A DNA stretch of 64,000 nucleotides from Octopus vulgaris (taxonomy: Eukaryota), in the NCBI GenBank assembly GCA_951406725.2, contig OX597817.1, forward strand, positions 5,456,001 to 5,520,000. Direction: 5' to 3'. Both the position numbers and the translations under genes were made by a program. Position 1 is the first letter of the stretch. Every line of letters begins with the position of its first letter. This document shows positions 53,830-64,000 of the stretch, one piece after another. Below the pieces are notes generated by a model. That model searched no databases and was not told the DNA's origin. It was given only the letters and a program-made list of their open reading frames with translations.

Positions 53830-54942
53830 TACCGGTTTTGGAATCCGGCCTGGAATTCATTTTCCCTAAGTGAGTCGAGGATCTTCTGCGCTTCCCTCTG
53901 GATCTCGACAATGGTGTTAAAACGGCCACATTTGAACAACTTTTTCATCTTGGGGAAGAAATTAAAGTCCGCAGGTGTTAAATCTGGTGAATAGGGCGAG
54001 TGCAGAAGCGATACCATACCTTTTTTGTGTGGTGAGAAACTCACCAGGTGAAGGATCCAATTCTTCTCGCTCCTCAGATCCGGTCGCTTTTGACGAATGT
54101 CCTCCCTCAAGCGCTTCAAACGTTAAGTAGGGCTTTCGATTGAACGTCTGGCACGGAGTTGGGTGGGGGTGAATTCTCGATGTTCTATACCGCGAATGTC
54201 GAGAAAAATACGATGAGCACGGTCTTGACTGAGCTGCGGCTCTGCGTTGCCTTCTTCGTGAAGATGAAGGGCTCATCCATCTCGACGACCCTCGACAAGA
54301 AGAATGGATCATCATCGGCATGCTGACGGAAATTTTGACAGACTTCGACCCGATGCTCTTTCTGCTCGGTGGTCAACAGGCGGGTGACAAACTCAGCAAA
54401 GAGACGCTGCATGTTCGATTTAGACGTTAGGATTGTCTGCATGGACCCATACGACAGACCAACAACATCAGCAATGTTGTTAATTGTCCTTCAACCATGC
54501 CCATACACAGTCTGATGACTTTTCTCCACATTTCCGTGGGTAACGCACGTGACACGTCTTCCAGATCGCTCATCCTCTTCCAGGGACGTTCTTCTGCTTT
54601 TGAAGCGCCCGTTCCGTTCCAAACATTACGTACGACCCATTGCCTCGTCGCTGTAAGCTTATTGAAGCATGCTCAATGTTTCTGTAGCAGACTTCCCTAG
54701 TTTAACGCGAAATTTCACGTTGGTTCTTTGTTCCAACTCCCTGTTCATGACAGAATTGCAGAATATAGCATTACACGTGGTCACAAATCACAAATTTCCC
54801 AACTTGTGAAGTAAAAACAACAATGTCGCTTGGCACACTGCAACATAAAGGTCACTGCTAGCTCTCTCTGCGCATACAACCGGGTGCTGCCACCTGTTGG
54901 CGAGGTACTGTACTAGTGCGGGAATGTTTTGATACCACCTCG
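53830..54942 (-). mobile_element. Mariner transposon, degenerate transposase
   Basis: FVTRLLTTEQKEHRVEVC; KTVLIVFF; RLREDIRQKRPDL..WILH..HSPYSPDLTPADFNFFPKMK; 5' terminus ta|cgaggtggtatcaaaa. Confidence 0.9.
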
Positions 54943-55012
54943 TAGACAGGCAGATAGACAAACTAATAGACATACATACATACATACATACATACATACA
55001 TACATACATACA

Positions 55013-55044
<32 letters not shown>

Positions 55045-55846
55045 CACTGTGTGACAGAGAAAATGAGAAAGAGAGAAATCAATGGTCGAGTATGCACATT
55101 GAAGTATTACAGCAAAGTTATCGCTGGAGTATTTAATTTCCTGTTCAGCCCTGATAATACAGCATATAATATAATCTATTCCAGCCGTGATCATCCTATC
55201 ACTATTTTTAAGAGAAGCAGACACCAAACTTCTCTCTGATCACTTTCTACCGTCTTTTAAAGAAAGTTCAGCTTGATAAATTGATACTTTTGGAAAGGTG
55301 GATAGAGGCAGATGTGAAAAGACCAGATGGATAAAAAAGGAAAAAGCCAAGCAAGCAAGCAAAAACTATGATCCAAGAAAACTCGTAATAGGCTGCATCG
55401 GAAAGAACTACTTACAAACCCATATATAAGATAGTGAACTTTATTACATGGATAGCAACAAATCTGTTTGAGAAAGGAACTGAGAGCAAGAAAGAGGAAG
55501 GGTTAGAGATATAATCATAACACGTATTGCAATAAAAGAAAACAAGAGAGAAAAAAGAGAGAGAGAGAGAGCAAGAGAAAGAAAGGGGACGGACACATTG
55601 AAAAATGGAGTAAATACCACAATATTCTAGAGATAGTATTATCGTCTGCCATCTGACTGGTTGCGATCATAGATCGCACTTTAATGCTTATTAGAGTTAA
55701 TTGTTGAAACGTAATTTATTTCATCCATTCTATGCTTTAAAACTCGCATCCTAGTAAATAACAAAACCCATAAAAAAGACCGCGTAGCTCTCTTCTGCAG
55801 TTACCACTAAGTGTCCACACAATGGTGTAGGATTGTTAATCTGGAG

Positions 55847-55964
55847 CAGGGATTCCCAAAATGTGTGGAAACACTAAGATTCCTTGAAAATTATCAAGGG
55901 TTCCACGTTTTTAAAAATAGTGTCGAATGATTCCACAGCAAAAAAAAAAGTTTGGGAACCACTG
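55847..55964. mobile_element. hAT-Charlie-type MITE
   Basis: TIRs CAGGGATTCCCAAA / TTTGGGAACCACTG. Flanks atctggag / atctagcg fit a degenerate NTCTAGAN 8-bp TSD. Confidence 0.8.
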
Positions 55965-55997
55965 ATCTAGCGATTAACTAAACGGTTTTAAGCTTAC

Positions 55998-56060
55998 CAA
56001 AGTCATGCCTCTGTACGAATTCATAGAGTGGTGCTTGCTGTTGTACATCGATAGCGCTGT
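55998..56060 (-). CDS. Candidate 63-nt phase 1-1 microexon: (D)SAIDVQQQAPLYEFVQRHDF
   Basis: tgtttcacAG acceptor, GTAAGC donor, frame open, length divisible by 3. Confidence 0.45.
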
Positions 56061-56193
56061 CTGTGAAACACGTCTCTCACCATGTAAACGGACGAGCGTA
56101 TGACGCATGTTTATGGTATTTGGAGATAAGAAAAATATAAAAGTCGGGTGGGAACCATTGATCTAGCGATTAATTGAATGTTTTTAGACTTAC

Positions 56194-56256
56194 CAGAGTT
56201 ATGCCTTTGTACGAATTCAGACAGTGGCGTTTGCCTGTGTTCGCCAATACTGCTGT
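56194..56256 (-). CDS. Candidate duplicated 63-nt microexon: (D)SSIGEHRQTPLSEFVQRHNS
   Basis: tgtttcccAG acceptor, GTAAGT donor; paralogue of 55998-56060. Confidence 0.4.
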
Positions 56257-56378
56257 CTGGGAAACAGGTTTCTCACCAAATAAACAACGAGTGTATGATA
56301 TATGTGTTTATTGTTCTTCAAGATGTATTATATTTCAAGATGTATTGTGCTTCAAAATGTATTACTCGAGTATATACG

Positions 56379-56426
<48 letters not shown>

Positions 56427-57051
56427 TAATTTTTTATGTGTGAATGGATGAAGTATTTTATACGAAAATTTGGAATTGAAATTGTCTGGAATTGAAAAAA
56501 ATATGGAATTGAAATTGTTTAGAATTTCAGAATGACTGAATATTTACATATTTAAAATTGAACTTCTGGGAGAAGCAATCCAAATTTAAACAGTATATTT
56601 ATTTAACTTTCATAATGCAGTTTGTATATACATTGTGAAGCTTCAAGCACATTTGGTACTATTCCAGTGTGGCACCTGTGCTTGCTTCACATTGGGAACT
56701 TTTCATTCATCGACATTAGTCAACATGTTTGATTTTAGCTTCAGCTTGTCAAAATCATAAAATACACGTCAGTTTAGCATTTCATAATTTCCTTTCATTC
56801 CAAACTGCAACAGACAAAACCTTTTTAAAATAAAATAAAATGCATAAATTATGAAATAACAGAAACAGAGTCGTGTACCTTGCCTCGTTCTTAGAATAAC
56901 ATTCCAGCATTTAATAAAGAAATCAGAATAACATTCCAGCATTTATGAATATATCATGAAATAACATTTTAAAATATGTAACAGAGAAGACTATAATATA
57001 ACAGTTATAAGAAAACCTACATTCCGCTGTTTGATATTTATTCGTAAATAT

Positions 57052-57430
57052 TGAGTGTGGTAAGAAGCTTGCTTCCCAAACACACGGTTCCAAGTTCAGT
57101 CTCACTGTGTGGCATCTTTGGCATGTGTCTTCTACTATAGCTTTGGGTTGGCCGAAGCCTTGTGAGTGGATTCGGGTGACGGAAACTGAAAGAAGTCCGT
57201 TGTACATATTTGCATATATGTGTGTGTGTGTTTGTTCCCCATCACCACTTGACAACCGGTGCTGGTTCGTTGAGATCCACGTAAATTATCGGTTGGTAAA
57301 ATAGAATAAGTAGGAGGAGGCTTTAAAAAATATTAGTACTGTGGTGGATTCGTCCGACTACAAAATTCTCCAAGGCAGTACCCAGCTTGGTCGCAGTCTA
57401 ATCTCTGAAGCAAGTAAAAGATAAAAGATT
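57052..57430 (+). mobile_element. SINE family A, diverged
   Basis: Head, body and tail motifs are recognisable. Confidence 0.8.
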
Positions 57431-57940
57431 AAAAAGGAGAGTGGTTACTTGATTCAGCTACAAAAAGCAAACAGGTCTCCTTGAAGAAACATCAGAAATG
57501 ATCAAGTCGTTTACATACTGCCTGTCGACACAAAAAAGGTAATCACATTACGGTGACGTTAAAGTATAAAGTTTTCCTAAATAAATGATATCAATAATAC
57601 TTGTTGCTTCAGCAATATGATTTTTTAAACAAAGGAAGTCAATACTGCTAGAGCAATTAAAATTTTAAAGAAATGTAGTAAATTATGCTCACGTAGAGCT
57701 ACTAAAATGTGTAACTAGGACGCGTAAACTCCCTGGGCTCATATGCAATTTACAGTACATTAAAAAAACCTTTATATAATGTAACAGTAAATAAATTTTA
57801 CGAAACTGAAGTAAGTGTGGAGCTTTTAATAAAACAGCTTCTAATACATAAAATAAAAGAACATAAAAAATTGTCCTAATATTCAATGGTTGTGAAAGAA
57901 ACCAATGGAGAGAGAATAAATGTCTCAAAAATAATTATGA

Positions 57941-58432
57941 GGACGTAGGAGTGGCTGTGTGGTTATTAGCTTGCTAACCAACCACATGGTTCTGGGTTCA
58001 GTCCCACTGCGTGGCACATTGGGCATGTGTCTTCTACTCTAGCCTCGGGCCGACCAAAGCCTTGTGAGTGGATTTGGTAGACGGAAACAGAAAGCAGCTC
58101 GTCGTATATGTGTGTATATATATATGTGTGTGTGCGTGTGTGTGTGTGTGAGTGTATGTATATGTTTGTGTGTGTTTGTGTGTGTGTGTGTGTGTATGTA
58201 TGTTTGTGTGTCTGTGTTTGTCCCCCCCCCCCCCACCAACATCGCTTGACAACCGATGCTTGTGTGTTTACGTACCCGTAACTTAGCAGTTCGGCAAAAG
58301 ACACCGATAGAATAAGTACTAGGCTTATAAATAATAAGTCCTGGGGTCGATTTGTTCGACCAAAGGCAGTGCTCCAGCATGGCCACGGTCAAATGACTGA
58401 AAAAAGTAAAAGAGTAACAAGACTAAAGAGTA
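57941..58432 (+). mobile_element. SINE family A with expanded internal microsatellite
   Basis: Full-length copy. Confidence 0.9.
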
Positions 58433-59051
58433 GGACGGAATTTTTCCGAACTTTCGGAAGTTTTCATTTGTGGCGCATCTTACATATGGAAACAAATAAT
58501 AAAGCAAAACAAGTCCGAACTGTAGTGGCTTCCTAATTTAAGAATTTCGCATCCACTCAGTATGACGTGACTCAGATTATTTCAAGAATTCTTGCCAATA
58601 GAAAAGGAATCGGTTTCTAACCTAGATTCAAGGCTCCTTCATTGGAATTTCAACATCAACAACAGGGTATTTTTGTACTATGTATGAATGGATGTATGTA
58701 TGTATGTATGTATATATATATATATATATATATGTAAAAAAATACAAACTGGGAGAAGAACGCAAAACATTTAGAAGACGATACAAAAAACACGGACGGG
58801 ACATTCGAAGCCTTCAATCTTCAGTCAAGAACCGAATCATCCTCGCAATTTCGGCTGAGGTAGGTAGGTAGGTACGTAGGTAGGTAGGTAGATAAGTGTG
58901 TGTATATATATATGTATGCGCGTGAATATATATAATTACATATATGCATTATATATGCATGCATAGATCAGTATGAGCATGTGTGAGAGTACGTATGTAT
59001 ATCAAGGTGGTGCTCCAGCATGGTCGCGGTCAAATGACTGAAAACATAAGA

Positions 59052-59088
<37 letters not shown>

Positions 59089-59285
59089 CATACACACATA
59101 TATATACATATATGTGTGTGTGTGCGTGTGTGTCTGTGTGTACATATTAAGTATCAAGATTTCAAGTAATGATACAAATAAAAGAGAAATAACTCAATAG
59201 GTGTAGTAAAATAAATACATATATTTTATTTATGTTATTAGATTTGATTAATGTTCCATTACTTCAAGTTTTGCACTGGCCAGGC

Positions 59286-59366
59286 GGTCCGCAGATGATG
59301 TGTTAACAAAGAAAGTATGAAAACTTTCTTAATTGAAGCACCAGCTGGTGAAACAGCAGTCGGATC
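59286..59366 (+). ncRNA. Degenerate hammerhead-like motif
   Basis: ggtccg-CAGATGA...GAAAC-AGCA-GTC-ggatc. One core change, a near-palindromic stem III, and an unclear stem II. Confidence 0.4.
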
Positions 59367-59470
59367 TAATAATAAATATAAATTTCTGTATATATGTGCG
59401 TGCGCGTGCGTGTTCATGTCTGTGTGTGCATTATATATATATTGCACAACAAATATATAAATATATAAAC

Positions 59471-59508
<38 letters not shown>

Positions 59509-59832
59509 TATACATATATATATATACATATATACATACATATATATACATATATACATACATATATACATACTATATATATAAATATATATGTAGAAAA
59601 ATATATATATATGAGTATATATATACATACATATAAACATACATATATACATATATACACAAATATATATATGTATATATATATAAAATTTTTGTAAAAA
59701 CCGAGGTTTATTTAAAAAAACCGAGGCTGTCATTTTATAAATACAAATATATTTTGACTTTGCAGAACTCCTATATATATATTTTACTCTATGTATATAT
59801 ATATGTGGTTAACCCCGAATCAACCCGGGACC

Positions 59833-59865
<33 letters not shown>

Positions 59866-59869
<4 letters not shown>

Positions 59870-60106
59870 TAAGTTGTTTTATGAACATTTATAGAACACA
59901 ATCCCATATAAAGTAAAAAAAACAATTAAAGATGGAGAAGAGATGTTAAAAGTTTTATTAAATTTTATTATGATTTTTTAATAAATTTTAATCGTATACA
60001 TGGATTAAAATTTTATAAAACTTTTAACAACGCTTCTTCATCTTTAATTGTTTGTTAAGTTTATATAGGATTGTGTTCTATAAATATTCACAACACACCT
60101 TATACT
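59866..60106. repeat. Imperfect AT-rich fold-back (about 105-bp arms)
   Basis: atttatagaacacaatcc..aacaattaaagatg..gttaaaagtttta against its reverse complement; abuts (TA)n. Confidence 0.8.
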
Positions 60107-60350
60107 TGTGAAAAAGTTTCATATTTTTGATAAATTACTTGCACTAGTAAGCTACAAATTTAGAATGAAGAATCTTTATTAGAATCAAACTTTAGACCCT
60201 CCTAAGTAAAAATGTTCTAATTGAACTCAACATTTCTCTCACACACTCACACACACATACACACTCACACATACATATATAATATCAATAATATATATGC
60301 ATATATATACATATATATGTATATATATATATTTGTATGTACGTACATAT

Positions 60351-60750
60351 ACTCTCTTTACTCTTTTACTTGTTTCAGTAATTTGACTGCGGCCATGCTG
60401 GAGCACCGCCTTTAGTCGAGTAAATCGACCCCAGGACTTATTCTTCGCAAGCCCAGTACTTATTCTATCGGTCTCTTTTGCCGAACCGCTAAGTTACGGG
60501 GACGTAAACACACCAGCATCGGTTGTCAAGCAATTCTAGGGGAACAAACACAGACACACACACACACATACACATATATATATATATACACATATACGAC
60601 AGGCTTCTTTCAGTTTCCGTCTACAAAATCCACTCACAAGGCTTTGGTCGGCCCGAGGCTATAGCAGAAGACACTTGCCCAAGATGCCACGCAGTGGGAC
60701 TGAACCCGGAACTATGTGGTTGGTTAGCAAGCTACTTACCACACAGCCAT
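60351..60750 (-). mobile_element. SINE family A
   Basis: Near-consensus reverse copy. Confidence 0.92.
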
Positions 60751-61178
60751 GCATATATATATTATTTATATTATTATTTTATCGAACGCCACGCATCCAT
60801 CTCCGAGTAAGTTTATCTTAAGCATGTTGATGCGACTCAACTCTATACTGGTCTAACGACCCCCCACCCATGTTTGTTTTTGTTCGGTTTCCTTGTATGT
60901 CTCTACTGTTCTGTTTTTGTTGCAAATTTTGAATCTCCATAAAAATTTTATTTTGGCCTTTGCGGAAACAACTGCCATTGAAGATTCATATTGTCGTTCA
61001 ATGCTCGAAATGAGGAGTAGATAGACAGCCGACAACTGATGAAGGGTCATTCTTTATGTTACTTGTCCTGTTTTCCATTTGTTTCTCTCGTTGCTTGCGT
61101 ATTCAACTTATTTGTTTTCGTATATCATATTGTTTACTGCTTGTTATGTCCTGTACTTATATATGTATGAAATGTGTA

Positions 61179-61210
<32 letters not shown>

Positions 61211-61309
61211 TGTGTATGCATGTATGTATATGCATATATATATAATTATATTATTATTTGTTTGAACGCCCCGCATCCATTGCTAAGTAAATTTATTTTA
61301 TATATATAT

Positions 61310-61500
61310 TCACATACAGGGGAAGAATTCACAAGAAAAAACAACAAAAGACGAAGACAGATGGAGTAGACAACAAACAGATGTATTAGTATAACACTCG
61401 TGATGTGAAAAAGTCTTTAACGTTTCGAGCCTACGCTCTTCCACAGAAAGAAACAAGGAGAGAAAATAGAGAGTGTGTAGTGGCTAGCGATCTATCATGG
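61310..61500 (-). mobile_element. HHR-bearing repeat family H2 (CUGUGGA core; motif at 61415-61450)
   Basis: cttt-CTGTGGA-a-gagc(gtag)gctc-GAAAC-GTT-aaag. Confidence 0.68.
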
Positions 61501-61512
61501 CGAATGAGATGC

Positions 61513-61599
<87 letters not shown>

Positions 61600-61600
<1 letters not shown>

Positions 61601-61925
61601 CACTGTCCGAATGATGTTGACATCACCTTCAAGATACATCCAAGGCTTAGACCACGTGCCATCCGTTCGCAACAAAAATCTAAATCGCATCACATAACGA
61701 CAATACGGCACAATTATTTCACCTCAATTGGACCCGCTCTCTTCAACATTACACCAGGACACGTCAAAACAGAAACTGACCACACAAAATTCAAGAAGTC
61801 TTTGGACAAATTCCTTCAAACAGTCCCGGATAAACCACCCAAATCCTGAATTGAAAGACTTCGCCAGGTGGTGCTATTAAGTTAGACATGGCAAGGGCCA
61901 ATACTGGCCTAAACCTTTCTAAGTT
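61600..61925 (+). mobile_element. CR1-group LINE 3' fragment (different subfamily)
   Basis: TIRHNYFTSIGPALFNITPGHVKTETDHTKFKKSLDKFLQTVPDKP. Confidence 0.7.
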
Positions 61926-62536
<611 letters not shown>

Positions 62537-63604
62537 GTCATACATGTATATGTACGTTTATTTATACATTGATGTTCTTACCTATAAGCACACACACCTA
62601 TACACACACACATATTGTAGCGAAATGTGCCCATGAAATATCAAATAAAGTTTATTTTATCGACACCGCATATGTAATCAGAATGAACAACGATTCAATA
62701 GGCAGGTGGTGTTTTAGCTGTCTATAAATATTAAACAAACGAGGAAAATTGACTTGAAATTTAGAAGTTAATGAAAATTTGTAATACTTGTATGGACAGG
62801 TACTTTGTGATGCATTTACAATTGATTAATGGCCTATTGCTTTAAATTTTCTGCTCACCAGTTAGTCCGAATATATCTTGACAAATATAAGGAGATTTTC
62901 TTTACTGCAGGGCAAACAGCTGTAGAATTATATATACTGTTGCTGTTGTTGTTGTTGACAACACGTGTCATTGGCTTATAACTACCAACAGGCAAACGAT
63001 TGAACTGATCATTTAATATATCATCAAAAAATAAAAACGGTCGTAGAAGGAACAGTAGGAGAAAATATATTTAAAAGGTTCTACGGGACGCAGGGATATA
63101 GGATGGGACGCTTAGATGTAAGGCAGATGCATGATTAGTTGATATAGAAACCTATACCCTACTATTTTAGTTCGACTACGCGAGATAATGATCATCAAGT
63201 GGCTATAGTGACTCGGCAGATGAATGGTGCTGCTAACAAAACAGAACTAATGGAAATAATTCAAAGAACCATAGGCAGGAATTTGAATAACTAACAGATG
63301 AGGTGAAGTGATTTTCGTGCAAATTACATTCTGAATATAGCTACTGAATTTAATTTATTGGGTTTTCCTTTGAGCTAGATACGGAATATACCAACCTGAC
63401 GACAACTGTTGGCGATACACAAGTATTTGATTAAGAGATTCTCAAGTGGATCTACCGAGTAAGGAAAAAACAATTTGATCTTCGCTTAAAAGCAGGATAC
63501 AACAGTGGAAATGTCTTTCGGGTTCTTAATTTACATATTCATCATAGTTCTGACCTACCTTGCCTGTCGATCACCTTTTACACACCTTGACAGAGAGAAA
63601 TAAT

Positions 63605-63818
63605 GCTTTCAAATTTTGGCACAAGGCCAGCAATTTCAGGAGAGAGGTAAGTCGATTACATCGACTCCAATGATCAACTGGTACTTACTTCATCGACTCC
63701 GAAAGGATGAAAGGAAAAGTCGACCATAGCGGAAAGAGAACTCAGAACGTAAAATCCGGGCAAAATGCTTAGCGGCATTTTGCCCGGCGTGCTAACGATT
63801 CTGCCATCTCGCCACCTT
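63605..63818 (-). mobile_element. SINE family B, diverged monomer
   Basis: cgaaaggatgaaagg..gtcgac..ctcgccacc; flanking gaNagagagaaataat repeat (probable TSD). Confidence 0.8.
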
Positions 63819-64000
63819 GAGAGAGAGAAATAATAAATTACATTTTTGGACAGGGATACTTTGGTAATAAGGAAAATTTCAATGTATCAAGAATTTATTC
63901 CCTACAACATTCAGTACAAGCTCAATTTGCAATCGAAATTCATGGATAAAGAACAAGGAAAGTACAGCTCAATAAAGGATTCAATACATTATATATCTAG

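Noticed and set aside
61030-61050. CTGATGAAGGG hammerhead half-site
   Set aside because: No downstream stem II partner followed by GAAA could be found.

Overview
Animal non-coding, repeat-saturated DNA, most likely from an octopus or another cephalopod. That assignment is inferred from the tRNA-SINE families and the extreme (TA)n/(TG)n/(TACA)n/(GATA)n/(TAA)n density. No intact protein-coding gene is visible, and almost all listed ORFs are microsatellite artefacts. The window holds two abundant tRNA-derived SINE families and fragments of Penelope-like (GIY-YIG), CR1-group, RTE, R4/Dong, Tx1/L1 and Gypsy retroelements. It also holds mariner/Tc1, hAT and Merlin-like DNA transposons and non-autonomous Helitrons. 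The most striking signal is a dense set of minimal type I hammerhead ribozyme (HHR) motifs from several unrelated short repeat families. Some sit at the centre of long fold-back palindromes, and some carry recurrent non-canonical cores (G3-C8 swap, U4C, A6U). A pair of tandemly duplicated 63-nt candidate microexons on the minus strand at about 56 kb is the only hint of a host gene. All calls were made by eye; boundaries of degenerate elements are approximate.
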